DNA of 64,000 bases from Azolla caroliniana (GCA_043228905.1 JBHGNT010000014.1:16864001-16928000), one strand, 5' to 3'; shown: positions 1 through 12,669, numbered from the stretch's first letter. Program-made: numbers and translations. Notes: generated by a model from the sequence alone, not told the origin.

Positions 1-430
1 CGGTCGAATTTCAGGTACCCAGTTTGCGGATTCAGGTACGGAACCGACTATCAGAAGCCAACTACTCGACCAACAACTCGAACTTGGGGAAAAACGCGTA
101 CACAGCATGGCTGTGTTGGAGCAGGAACAATGACGACGTAAAGCGTTTGTGGATCGACATCGGAACGCAAGGGAAAAGGAGTTCGCCGTGGGTTGAGTGG
201 TGCTGGTTTTCCAAACCCGCATGGGCCATATACCAGGGAAGTTACGATTCAGCTGGACCGGCCCATACTGGATAATTGGAGCGGAACAAGGCACGTTCCA
301 ACTAGGTATGCTGGCCGGGGAAGTAGTACGACAAAAGGTGAATGGGTTTCGGTTCAAACCTTACCTGGGCCCTACGCCACCTAACCCATTCATCGCCGAA
401 CAGGACAGAGCCGGAGAACCTGCAACGTAA
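1..430 (+). pseudogene. pol: Ty3/Gypsy integrase C-terminus (GPY/F region), Athila/Tat-like, degenerate
   Basis: ORF 197-430 reads GKLRFSWTGPYWI...GTFQL...KVNGFRFKPY, the GPY/F tail typical of non-chromoviral Gypsy integrases. The upstream part is frameshifted. Confidence 0.8.
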
Positions 431-772
431 ATGGACGGCCCCACTTGTACCATAATGTAAAAATAGGTTGTAGATAACCGTTATGAAAAAAAGAAAAAAA
501 AGAAAAAAGAGAGAGAAGATAACGACTATTAAAAAGACTAAATGCATGCACAAACTCCTAGTTTAAGAACACGTGGCACCACGATGGCTCACCGCCCAAT
601 GAACCCTAAGCCACAAAAGGAAGGAAATAGATGATTTTCTGCACAAAACAGAAACCCATCTTCTAGCTATCAGCGCTCCCATCGCTCCTCCCCCTCACCT
701 TCTCCTCCATCCTACCACAGAGCTTCAGCCCACCGCAACCACCGATCTCCTTCCCACGAACCTCCTCTTACG

Positions 773-3700
773 ATGCCAATCTTCATATCTACTACCTTAC
801 GCCGATGGCTCGTGGAGAAACACTTGGATGGGTACATCCGGGTCGCAGAAGCACCCCCACACCTGGATGCCATGGACATCTCCAGGAAGCTTAACATCGA
901 CACGGTCACCAACTCCTCCATCCGGAAGAAGTTGGACCTGTCATCGCTAGGCGAAAGGCATTTCGAAATCCCTCATGTAGAGGCGCTGCAACGATATTTC
1001 GGGCCATATTCCTCCTCTGCCAAGGCCTATAGAACAAAGCAGATCCCGGATCCCTTCTTCCGTGAAGTTGTCAAGTTCCTGCTAGAAGTCGGTTGCGTAC
1101 ATGTCAACGCATATGGGATGCCCAAGCAGAAGGCGGGCATCATTATTGATACCTTTGAAGGCCATGCGGTCGATTGGGGGGTCATCACAGGACCGGCGTT
1201 AAGGGAAGGCATGCATGCGTATCAGGCAGGCAAAAAGCTCAGGCCGATCATACAACATTACCTTACGATACTATTCCCACCCTGAGGCCTGCCGGCACCG
1301 TAGCCCAGCCGACCCACGCCCCTGCCCCGATCCGTGAAGCGCAGGTTAGCGGCCCTAGAGTGGGAAGAGGAACCCCAACCCGCCCAGCTGTTGTCCGCAG
1401 GAATAGTAACCGACGGCCAAAAGCGTAGGAATAAGAAACTATATAAAGCGTAACGTATGTAACGGTTCACGCTTCCCCGCGTGAATGGCTAATTAGACCC
1501 TGCATATATAAAGGGCAGAAAACCTCTTAAGGAGGTGCATGTAAATTTTGAGAATTGTAAAAGAACGCCTGATAATAGAATACTATCTTCTCTGAGTTTC
1601 TGTGTATAGCTATGACTAATTCAGTGTCTGTCTCGGATACATAAGCGTAGTAGTACGTAAGCGCAACCTGTGATAAGGAGTCGGTTGTAGCCGTCTCCCC
1701 TTACACACGGAGGAACCACAACGGTTCTCTTCTTACGCAGTACGCTTAAGCTCTGTTCGTTGTTCGCACTCACCTTGGGGTCTAGGTCGACGGACTGACC
1801 CCGGACCGTGTTCCTAAGAGGCAACACCAACCAGACACGAGGACAACACCTACCGACTAGCCGGACACACGGACAACGCAGGAGGAACAACCGGCACGTT
1901 CCATGGAAGCAGCCCCAGAGCTAGACACTGAAACACGGCAGGATAGCCCCAGACCGAAACGGCGTAGATTGGACAGGAAAGATGGGTGGGGGTTGGTCAA
2001 AGACGTCCCCACGACGACAGAGACACCGACCGAAGGCGATGGCTCCGTAGCTACGGAACCCAATACCACCTTCGAAATCATCTGGGAGCCACGGCCAATC
2101 ATTACGACCTAGTTCCAATGAGGGAAAGCCGTATTGACGGCGGAAAGCGAGGTTTTGGCATATCCGGATATCCCGGATACGGCCCATGAGTTCAACGCCC
2201 TCTTACAGTTCGGAACTTCTTTTGAGCTCATGGAATTCCTGGCAACAAAATAGGTAAAAGCCTCCCAACCAATGGCCGAGGAGCAAGCGAAGCGCCAGAT
2301 GATCGAGCGCGCCCTAACACAAACGACGGAGAGCGACGATGAGGACCGGTTAGCCAGGGTTGGCAGACAGAGGAACGTCGGGGTATGCCAAGTGTGGATG
2401 GAGATACCCCCATTAAACACGACCCTAGTTGAAGTCCATAGGGAACTGGCAAAGGTCAGCACGGGCGCCAAGGAGATGGCCATTAAAAATAAGAATGTCT
2501 GGAAGAAGGTGAAACTGACCGAACTGCAAAAAGCCAACGAACGCATCACGGAGTTGGAAGCTAACGCGAATACGGCGCAACACGCAACTCCGCTACCAAA
2601 CCACGCCATCGAGGCTTTAAAGGAAGAAATTGAGGCTCAAACCGCCATCGCCTCAAAAGCGAAAAGGGCCGTGCAACTAACGGAATCAGAAATTGACCAC
2701 CTTCGAGCTGAACTACGCCAATCCTCAAACAGAGAAAAGGAGATACGAGGTAACGGCCGGAAGGCAGTAAAACCCTTGAAGAGAAACTCGCTACGGAGGT
2801 AGCTCAGCACATCCAGACAAAAGACAAAAACACCCAATTACGGGAGGACGCAAAGAAATCGGAGGTGGCAATCGCGGAACTCCGGGCCTTATTAGAGAAA
2901 AAGAAGGTATGGTTCGACGAGCAGCTGGTGGTCGAACAAGAAAGAAGACATCAGCTAGAAATCCGCCTAAACAATGAAATGGGGAAATTAGAAGAACAAC
3001 ATGCAAAGGAATCCCAGCTGTGGGCGGGCCTGAAGGCCACGTACGAAGAAGCGGCGGCGGTTAAACAACAAGAAATTGCAAACCTCTAGAAGTCGATGGA
3101 GGACGCGTGCAACCGTTGCTAGGCCATCACAGATAACGTGCGTATCCTTCTCCAAACAAATCGGGAGAGGTTCACAATGCAATTGAAAACGACGATGGAC
3201 AAAGGATGGATGGCATGGGCAACCCAAGCAGCGGAATTGCACGCGTATCGTGCGGACTGGGAGAACTGGCGAAAAGACGGCTGGGGTTTCTATAAACTAA
3301 ATGAGGAGAGCATTGCGGCCGTACGAGAGGACGTAGCACAAGACTATCGTGCTCTAGCAGACCAACACTCCGAAGAACTTGCACAACTCTTAGATGATTT
3401 TGGTGAAAGCCAGGAGGAGCTATTTCACCAGATCACACAAGCCGGCAACACGCGAACAAACGAGGAATCCAACGCGACGCCAATTCCGGGCACGGCCGAA
3501 GAAGAGGAACCTCAGGCCAGATCACCAGAAATTACAACGACGGGGAATAGCGCGGACCGACGAGCGGAGTTCCCCACAGTACCAGAAAACGAAACCACTG
3601 CCCAAGAGGAGGTTCATCTGCACGAACCCACGCTATCATCGGACCACACGGACAACGGTGCGGGTCAGGCGGAATCGCATCCCCACTCCAAGGAACGTAC

Positions 3701-3965
3701 AAAGACGGCCGACACCACGGAGGAAGTAACGATTGAGACAGAGCCGCGGCTGACTGCAAGCACGACGACGGCGGAGCCCAACCCACTAGCTCAAGAAGAG
3801 CCCACCGTACCCAAACCGACCACACACGACGATTGTGATACCGGGAGAAACCAGTCTGACCAAATAGGGGAGCCACACCATGATGCACCTACGGGCCCTA
3901 CGTCGCCTCCGGATGTGGACACCGTAGCAGAGCCAAACATCCGGGCCATTTTGGAAGAGGATTAA
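773..3965 (+). pseudogene. Large extra ORF 3' of pol (coiled-coil centre, acidic/Thr-rich C-terminus), disrupted
   Basis: ORF pieces 773-1285, 1903-2112, 2272-2802, 2865-3089 and 3138-3965. Removing the solo LTR 1389-1826 plus one TSD puts 773 and 1903 in the same frame. Contains PRPKRRRL (NLS-like) and E/K/Q-rich heptads. Confidence 0.6.
1389..1826 (+). mobile_element. Solo LTR
   Basis: Termini TGTTG...CAACA; flanks CCAGC (1384-1388) and CCAAC (1827-1831), a 4/5 TSD; TATA-like TATATAAAGG near 1506; homologous to 4013-4450. Confidence 0.85.
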
Positions 3966-4012
3966 CGGGATGGGTCCGACGTGCCAGGGCACTGTCCCAC
4001 AGGTGTGCTAGG

Positions 4013-4450
4013 TGTTGTCTGTCGGGATAGTAATCGACGAACAAGAGCGTAGGAATAAGAAATAATATAAGATCATAACGCATGTAATGGTTCACGCGGG
4101 AAGCGTGAACGACTAGATAGACCCTGCGTATATAAAGGGAAGAAAACCTCAGATAGAGGGAGCGTGTAATTTTGGGAATGTAAAGAGACGTATCATAATA
4201 GAATTCTATCTTCTCTGAAAGTCTGTGCATAGCTATGGCTAATCTGCTGTGTGTCTGGAATACCTGAGCGTGTAAGAACGTAAGTGTAACCATTGCTAAG
4301 GAGTCGGTTGTAGCCGTCTCCCTCATACGTTGATAGGTTAGAGGGAACATTCCCCTACGCATTACGCATAGACACCTATTCGTTGTTCCACAACCACTTG
4401 GAGGTCTAGGTCGAAGGACTGACCGCGGACCGTGTTCCTAATCGGTAACA
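4013..4450 (+). mobile_element. LTR of the same family as 1389-1826 (probably solo)
   Basis: TGTTG...TAACA termini and colinear similarity to 1389-1826. Flanks CTAGG/CATGG match only 3/5, and there is no clear PPT upstream. Confidence 0.75.
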
Positions 4451-4627
4451 CATGGTAAGTGACAATTCGACGCGTATCCTCGAAAATAAATCATTAACTT
4501 CATTTGCATCTAATTCTCTTCCATCGGCTACTATTTTGCCGACACATCTGTATTGACAAATAACATCTTCAAGGAGAAAATTGCATACTGCCGAAGTTGT
4601 TTTATTCCTTAGTGCTAGATCTTCTAC

Positions 4628-4987
4628 ATAGCTAAAGAGGTGGAAGAGTGGTGGCTCATTAGCTAAGGTTGTGGAAGAGTGGTAGCTAAATAGTTAAGGC
4701 TGTGGAAGAGTAGTAGCTAAATAGCTAAAGAGGTAGAAGAGTGGTAGCCAAATAGCTAAGGCCGCGTATGAGTAGTAGCTAAATAGCTAATGCCATGGAA
4801 GAGTAGTAGCTAAATAACTAAGGCCGCGGTAGAGTAGTAGCTAAATAGCTAAAGAGGCGGAAGAGTGGTAGCTAAATAGCTAAGGCCGTGGAAGAGAGGT
4901 AGGTAGTTAGCTAAATACCTACCTCTCTTCCATGGCCTTAGCTATTTAGCTACCTCTCTTCCACGGCCTTAGCTATTTACCTACCTC
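4628..4987. repeat. 31-bp tandem repeat (~9 copies) ending in an inverted (foldback) copy
   Basis: Unit is approximately TAGCTAAATAGCTAAGGCCGTGGAAGAGTGG. After 4915 the sequence is the reverse complement of the last units. Confidence 0.85.
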
Positions 4988-5009
4988 AAGCTCGTCTTCG
5001 TCTAACAGA

Positions 5010-7490
5010 TGACGGTAGAGTTACTACTCTCACTCACTCACTCTCTCTCTCTGTCTATCTGTCTCTCTCTTACTAGTTACAGAGGCAACTACTCACTTTA
5101 ACTTGTTACCACTATAATGATTATGCACACTATCATAACTACTTGCCCTAAGTATATTTATACTTATATACAATATGGGCTATATGACTTCCTTGCCAGC
5201 TTCCGCTACGACCATGTACTCGGCTTCTATGGTCAACAACGCCACGACCTTTTGTAGCCTCGACTGCCACAAGACGACTCGCCCCGCATAAGTCATTACG
5301 TATCCGGACATGGATCGGTTGGTATCTGCATCAGCCGACATGTCTGAATCAATATAGACTTCCAATGTTTGGTTACTCGAGCCGAATCGGAGGCACACGC
5401 TCAAAGTGCCTCTTAGGTACCAAAGTATCCACTTCACCATTGCCCAATGCTCTCTTCCAAGATTGCCCATATATCGGATGATGACTCCAACAACGTATGC
5501 AATGCCTGGCCTTAAACCATAACATACATCATGCTTCCAACTGCTCAGGCAATGGGACCTTGCTCATCTTAGCCTTCTCCGTTTTCATTTTCGGACATTG
5601 GCCTTTGCTTAGCTTGTAGTTTGTCGACAGTGTCGAACCGACCGGTTTCGAATTCTGCATGGTGAATCTCTGGAGCACCTTTGTCAGATATTTCTCTTGT
5701 GACAACCATAATAGCTTCTTTGTCCGATCCCAAACAATGTGCATACCTAGAATTTGCTTTGTCGAACCCATGTCCCTCATAGAGAATGACCTACTCAGGG
5801 CCTTCGTCAAACTTCCGATTTTCTTCAGGTCCTGTCCAACACTCAACATGTCGTCAACATACAATAGAAGGATGAGAAAATCTCCTCAATCATATTTCTT
5901 AACAAAGACACAATGATCGGCTTGTGTCATGTTGAATCCTTGATCCACCATGAAGGATTTGAATTTTTGGTACCATTGCCGAGGATCTTGCTTCAACCCA
6001 CATAGGTTCTTCCTAAATCGGCATACAAGGTTCTGTTTACCTTTCTCCTTGAATCCTTCCAGTTGTTGCATGTATATCTCCTCTTTGAGATTGCCATGTA
6101 GGAACGTCGTCTTGACATCTTAGAGGATATCTTCTACCTCCATTAGGCATAGTTGGTTCCCCTTCGACTTCTTCGGCCCAGTCGGATTTGGCTCCTTATT
6201 CGGCCAGTTCCTCTTGCTCCTCAGTCAGTTCTCGATATTGCCAAGTATTTAATTGACCGGATGGTTCAGATTTGACTTCGATCAAATCGATTTCTGTCCG
6301 ATTGGGCCGAACATCAACTTAGCTCGAATCGGTCGTTGGAGGCATATTTTCCTTCTCCCAATCGGCTATTGTCTTTTCTTCCATTAAGACAATATCTCGG
6401 CACCTAATCACCTTCTTGTCGATTAGGTCCCATAGCCAATAGCCGATAGCTAATCGCCGAATTCATCTTCATCGTAGTTGAGAAATAGGCACGGTCAGCT
6501 CTTGGGATCAAGTTTTTCCCCTCTGGTCCTTAGCTACATGCACATAGGCCAGGTAGCCGAACACTCTTAAATGCCGATATGACACCGCTTTGCCGGACCA
6601 TACCCTTTTGGTATGTCACCTTCTAGTGGGACCGAGGGAGACCTGTTTATCACATAAACGATTGTCATCAGCGCCTCAGCCTAGTAGATCTTTGGCAATT
6701 TCACATGTGCAAGCATACATTAGACTCTCTCCATGATAGTCTGGTTCATTAGCTCGCCCATCCCATTCAAAATTCAGTTCCGACGTCTTTGGTATTGTAT
6801 ACTCTAGTCGAATACCTAAACGCCCTTTATACTCTCTACCATTGTCTATCTAGATTGCCTTCAATTTTCAACTGGTTTCTCTCTCAGCTCTTGCTTGGAA
6901 CTCCATGAAAACACATAATACTTGATCCTTCATCTTCAGCGCGTAAGCCCACAACTTACGATTGTACTCATCAAGGAAGGTAACAAAGTATTGTCCACCG
7001 GAATGAGATTTTACATCTACATAACATACATTGGTGTGTATGAGTTCCAAGACTGTTTTCCTCTGAATCAAAGGCCTCAGTTGGAAAGCTTCTCTATTTT
7101 GTTTGCCGGCCAGGCAATTGGCACATTTTCTAGATGAACTTTATTCATCTCCAACAGGAGACCTTTCTCGGCTAGCATTTGCATTCCCTTCTGGCTCATG
7201 TGGCACAACCTCTTATGCCACAACTCACCGGATGTGTCGGTCGCCGCGTTTACCTCGTTTCGGCATAATCAAGCATGCATCAAATACAATGTGTTTGGTT
7301 TTTTGGGCTCGAGCCACAATCAAGCTTCCCTTGTAAAACTTCATGACGTCGTTCCAGATGTTACCCATGTAGCCTTTATCATCCAGCCAACCGACTGATA
7401 TCAGATTTAATTTGACTTTCGGAACATGTCAAACATCCCTCAACACAATTCTGCACCTAGTTGAGGTTACCAAACACACATACCTATGCC
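5010..7490 (-). mobile_element. pol: Ty1/Copia remnant: LTR fragment plus degenerate protease end, integrase, RT and RNase H
   Basis: Minus-strand motifs LELIHTNV...FVTFLDEY (INT), GLKQDPRQWY and YVDDML (RT), YIDSDMS...SMSGYV...WQSRLQ (RNase H), in Copia order. 5010-5180 resembles the LTR at 39830-39990. Confidence 0.85.
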
Positions 7491-7951
7491 TGTCAGGGCC
7501 GTAGCCAAAGACAAGTTTAAAATGAAGAAAAGAATGAGAAGTAGAAAATAAGAAAGGAATGAGAGAGAAATAAGATGGTGAAAATGTATTAGTAATGAGA
7601 ACAAGGTTTACAAGAGTATGCCGAAGACTGACATTGAACTGGAGTGGTTCATTAATACTTTGATACATGTTTATATAGCATGTTTTGGATACATGCATGC
7701 TCGCCACCTCATAGGCACACATGATCGCCATTTGGCATTCATGCAACCATGACACTTGGTAAGCATGCATTAGCCTATGTGGTGACGACGTTTCATAATA
7801 TTATATATGTTTCTTCCTAATCTAATATAAGAATTTATAACTAGATATAATGTATCCTAGTGATTAAAGTTATACATCTCCTCATATTTGAGCAGGTCAT
7901 GGGTTCGAATCTTTATAATGAATCTTGGAGTTTCGGTATATGTTCATGACA
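7491..7951 (-). mobile_element. 3' LTR of chromovirus A (Tcn1-like)
   Basis: TGTCA...TGACA termini, followed on + by the PPT complement TTATGCCCTTCCTTT and the chromodomain end; homologous to 34164-34686. Confidence 0.85.
7853..7912 (+). promoter_or_regulatory. tRNA-like Pol III A/B-box module in LTR U3, antisense to the element
   Basis: A-like TATCCTAGTGA at 7853; GGTCATGGGTTCGAATCT with B box at 7902-7912. Confidence 0.55.
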
Positions 7952-8205
7952 TTATGCCCTTCCTTTGATGACCAGTTCCATGAATCGCAATGCACGAACT
8001 AGGAGTTCGCTTATTCAGATATCGTTGATGAAATTCAACTACAAGTTCTTCGGTATTATTGAGATTTTCAGCTGCCTCCCACGTTCGATCCGTAGGTGTA
8101 TAACCCAACCAATCAACGAAATAATACAATTTGTTCTTCACAACTTTGTAGTTCAAAATAGATTTCATTTCATATTTCGGGCCTTCATCAAGTTCAATAG
8201 GAGGT
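7952..8205 (-). pseudogene. pol: Chromodomain at the integrase C-terminus of chromovirus A
   Basis: KNKLYYFVDWLGYTPTDRTWE...EFHQRY. The integrase continues at 15157 after the nested element. Confidence 0.85.
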
Positions 8206-8369
8206 TGTTAAGCCCTTGGATAACACCACGACCAGTTGTGAAGAAGAGCGCATCAACAAGGACACAATATGGTTAAAGGACCTACGAAGAGGGAATGACA
8301 AGAGGAAAGAGGGCTAAAGGACATCGGAGTGTGAAAGGCCCATACCCTAAATGTGAAAGCTATATAAAC

Positions 8370-8645
8370 CATAGTATGAACCATACGTACCATACGTGCA
8401 TTCGCATTCGCGAATGGTTCAATCATTCGCGAAAGGAAAACACCCTCAAAGAATGATAAATACCATACTTTTCGATTAACTATTTATTATGAGGTAGATA
8501 AGCCTAAATATGAAAAAAAAACATTAAAATAATGGGAAAAAAACAAAAAAAAAAAACACAAGAATGTTTGGATACCATTCGCATTCGTTTTCCAACGTAG
8601 GAAAACGAATGTTATACTAGACGAACACGAATTTTACGTACTATG
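8370..8645. mobile_element. hAT-like MITE (276 bp) inserted in the 5' LTR
   Basis: Absent from the 3' LTR (866 vs 582 bp = 276+8). 8-bp TSD ATATAAAC at 8362-8369 and 8646-8653. TIRs CATAGTA...TACTATG. Confidence 0.85.
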
Positions 8646-9077
8646 ATATAAACCACATAGTAGTGGCTTTGTGGGGGTTCTCCCATTTGTAAAGATCTCC
8701 TATTGATTAAAGCTAGAGGTTCCTCTCCTCCTTCTTGTAATCTTTGAGCTTAAGAGAGATTAGTGAAGTGTTTAGTTAGAGAACACTAATCTCTCTCCTT
8801 GTTGGTGCTAGACCTCTTAGCAAAGAGGGTTAATAATAGACATACTCTTCCTTCTTATTGTCTATATCTATTAATCTATTGTCTATGAGAGAGAGCTTGA
8901 AAGAGTGAGAGAGATATCGTGCTCAATCATTTGCTAATCATTGAGTGAGTGTTAGGCTCGGAGGTATCCGACAACCATCTCCGCCCGATTTGCCATCAAG
9001 AGGGTATACGCCGGTCCGAATCCCGCCACGATATCGAGGAGCTTACTCCATCGATACATAGATCATTAACATCTATT

Positions 9078-9095
9078 TGGCGCCGCTGCCGGGGA
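9078..9095 (+). promoter_or_regulatory. Primer-binding site, tRNA-Asp type
   Basis: TGGCGCCGCTGCCGGGGA starts 7 nt after the 5' LTR and differs by one base from the Athila-type PBS TGGCGCCGTTGCCGGGG. Confidence 0.75.
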
Positions 9096-9183
9096 TACGA
9101 CCGACGCTTTAAGCCTATTTCGAGTAGTCGAAAACTCAGAGGCAACCCACTTAACGAAGGAAGAAATCAAAAGAGAACCACTA

Positions 9184-9447
9184 TTTTCTGTTTTTCTCAC
9201 TATTTCATAGTTTAATTAAAGTCGATTTTCTGTTTTTCTCACTAATTCATAGTTTAATTAAGTTGATTTTCTGTTTTTTCTCACTAATTCATAGTTTAAT
9301 TAAGTTGATTTTCTGTTTTTTTTCTCACTAATTCATAGTTTAATTAAGTTGATTTTCTGTTTTTCTCACTATTTCATAGTTTAATTAAGTTGATTTTCTA
9401 TTTTTTCTCACTAATTCATAGTTTAATTAAGTCGATTTTCTGTTTTT
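9184..9447. repeat. ~42-bp tandem repeat (~6 copies) in the 5' UTR
   Basis: Unit is approximately TTTTCTGTTTTTTCTCACTAATTCATAGTTTAATTAAGTTGA. Confidence 0.85.
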
Positions 9448-9659
9448 TAAAAGAAGTTTTGAGCTACCCCCTCTTAATCGCCCAGACATCAACAAGCTAT
9501 TCGTTCGGTTAACACTAAACATTGTGGAAATTGAGCCGTTACAGGGCAAGCATAACCACCACGATTCTCATGGATTACGATCATCCCACGGGACACGAAA
9601 CGACTGTTGGTGCCAAAAAAAATCAAATTTCCCACGCAAAGTTCGTCAAAAGAACAAAG

Positions 9660-10060
9660 TTCGATAAGAGAAGCATCCTTCGACGACGGTTCACATCATT
9701 CGACAAAGGTTCATCATTCGACGAAGGTTCATCCTTCGAGAAAGGTTGATCATTCGACGAAGGTTCACATCATTCGACGAACCCTCATCATTCGACGAAG
9801 GTTCATCCTTCGACGAACCCTCATCATTCGACAAACCTTCATCATTCGACGAAGGTTCACATCATTCGATGAAGGTTTATCATTCGACGAACCCTCATCA
9901 TTCGACGAAGGTTCATCCTTTGATGAAGATTGATCATTCGATGAAGGTTCACATCATTCGACGAAGGTTCATCATTCGACGAAGGTTCATCATTCGACGA
10001 ACCCTCATCATTCGACAAAGGTTTATCATTCGACGAAAGATTCAAAGTTCAACGAAAGAT
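9660..10060. repeat. 18-bp minisatellite (~20 copies) in the 5' UTR
   Basis: Unit is approximately TCATCATTCGACGAAGGT, with variants containing ACCC or CACA. Confidence 0.85.
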
Positions 10061-10099
10061 TTAAAGTTCGGCGAACCTACAAAAGCTTGACAAGAAAAC

Positions 10100-12632
10100 A
10101 TGGTCGGATCCTCATGGATAGAGATGTTCAAAACCCGACCCACACGCCGGGAGGAGTCCACCCAAACCAACCAAACCCACGATGCTGACCCACCTAACCC
10201 GACTCGGTACCACAAAGGGTGGCTAACTCTGGGGACGCTACCAAACATGAACCTCCCATCGAGCCTAGGAACTAAAGCACCTCTCACCACGCCCCCACTA
10301 CAGGAGAGCCCAATGGCATACCCACTCAGCGTAGAGGGACACATACGGGATGCCACATAGGAGTTATGGGTGATAGAACGAGAAATCAATATATGGGCGG
10401 TACAACTCGCGAAAGGAGGACAACCGGAAAGTATCACCCGAGATATCGAAGCCGCTTTGGCAGAAAGGAAAGACAGATTCGCACGAGTGCAACAAAAACT
10501 TCACCTCCTAGAAGCATCGTCGCATACGCACTGTCGAGGTCTTGAGCACATCCCTGCGCTACATTCGAGCACAACGGGCGACAGTCCAAACGAAGCCCAC
10601 ACGCAACGACACCCGACACCACCACGTATGGACAAGACCCCTACATCCTATGAAACTGCCTCGACATCCCTAATCACCGAACTCGCACTAGCGTTACAAT
10701 CCGTCCAAACCCTCGTGGCACTTACGGACCATTCGAGAAACCCTACAAACGACAGCAGGAAGAGTGCTTCCATTTCTAAACTAGTACCCCGTTTTCTCGG
10801 TTTCGGTGACGCCTATGATCATGTCGAGAGGTTCAAACAGATATGCCGCGCTTATGAGACCACCAAAGTAACCGCATTTGGGCTTACACTTGATGACGAA
10901 GCCGGAATTTGGTTTAGAACCTTGAATGAAGACATCGTCGCAGACTTCGGGTACGTCATCGAAGATTTCTTGATAAACTTCGCTCGTCGAGGGAATAAAT
11001 GGAACCCGATTGACCAACTTTTCGCCCTCAAGCAAGAAGCAAACGAGACGGTCAGGGACTACATACGCCGCACGAAAAGCCTACACCATCGTTGTAGCCC
11101 GAGCGACAAGATGTCAGATGAAAAATTTATGAGCCGCTTCATCAATGGGTTGTTCGATCCGACGCTCCAAAACTTCCTGATTGCCAGGATGTGTCGGTCG
11201 TTCACTGAAGCTTGCACGGTAGTGATGACCTTCGAGGATTCAATGAACTGGTTATGGATACCCACTCAAGCGCCTACGAACAACCGTGAGAAGCCCTCGG
11301 ACCCTACTCTACCCATGCCACCGAGACCACCCCGTATAGAAAGACCCCAAGCATACACCCAAAGAGAAAATGTAAGGTGTACAGGATGCCATGGCCATCA
11401 CACGGGGCATGAGTGCCCCTTCCTCCATTAACGACGGCCGCAATACTGTAATTGGTCCAAAGCTTTCGTGATGCATTCTCAAGAGAACTGTTGGCAAGCC
11501 CCAAATGGAAGGTATAGCCAAACACCAATGGTAGAGCACCCACGCTCACCTCCACCGTTTAGCCACCCACAACTACCATCAATACTTCCCCAACAACCCC
11601 CACTACCATGTATTAGCACTCACCTCGCCGAACTAGAATATACCACCGATAACCAAACTCAGGTTGGGGGGGGGGCACCCCCGAATATGAAGCATACCAG
11701 GGGTATAGTGTTGAAGAAGACCTGCTTTCCCACTTTGTCGTCTTCAAAGGTGACCAAATACTGGTCTACATCTTGAGAGGAGAACAACAGGGGCCGTCGA
11801 CGGGATATCGCAACAATAGTGGTCTAAGGAGGCCAGAATTGAAATGTTTCAATTGCCAAGGCTCACACATGGTTAGCGAGTGCCCAACCAAACATGAATA
11901 CTACAACCCGATGGCACAACGACCACGACACCCCTCACTCAAACAACCCCACAACCACCAATGCAAAGTCTCACTCAATAGTCACAAGACGTTATTGAGT
12001 GGTTCCAAAGAGAAGCATCATGCCCAAGGTGTGGTAAAGATCACTTAGTACCCGATTGCCCAGAAAAAAAGAAAAGGATTGGCGCAAACCTGTTATCTAT
12101 CGTACCATCAACGGTTGGCGCCAACGTCATCACATGAGCTCAAAGAATAGCTCATAACTTAAAGTGTCACGACCAAGGCCTCCCCATGACTACGCATAAG
12201 AGACGAAAATCCAAAAAAAATGCATCCACGCAGACCTCAAAGCAAGAACAAGAACCGGAGGGAGACGTAGAAACAATACCCGTCAACCCTAACCAAGAGT
12301 TGTCGGCACACCTAGCAGCATACCCAAACCCAGTTGCTGAAAAACAAAAGGTTGAAGAGTACATCAAACTCATCCAACACGAACAGTGTGAAAGATCGCT
12401 TAGTCTTCTGAGCCTAAACTTCGACCAACTCGAAGAATGGGTAAATCCTCCACCCCAACACACGGGTACAACCCCCCTCGTCATAACACCAACCGACACT
12501 CCCATCTCCCAATCTACCCCAATCAAAGAAGTCAACACAGTCTTGCTCCAACAAATATTAAATTTGAAAATACGACTCACATTACGCGAAGTACAGAGCT
12601 ACACCGGCACCTTCGTGACTGACAACCCCTAA
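10100..12632 (+). pseudogene. gag: Gag (capsid-like domain plus two zinc knuckles), disrupted
   Basis: ORF 10370-11431 contains LKQEANETVRDY...RFINGL (retrotransposon Gag) and CTGCHGHHTGHEC; a second knuckle CFNCQGSHMVSEC lies in ORF 11773-12048. Confidence 0.8.
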
Positions 12633-12669
12633 CTACAACCTATACTCGCCAAGGAAATAGAGTTCACAC

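Noticed and set aside
4013-4450. Cognate 3' LTR of the element at 1-3965
   Set aside because: No polypurine tract precedes it and the flanks partly resemble a TSD, so it cannot be assigned.
7944-8168. Host chromodomain (HP1-like) gene
   Set aside because: It is contiguous with the integrase, PPT and LTR, so it is the chromoviral integrase tail.
9522-10090. SR/RS-like or His-rich proteins
   Set aside because: These are translation artefacts of the 18-bp minisatellite.
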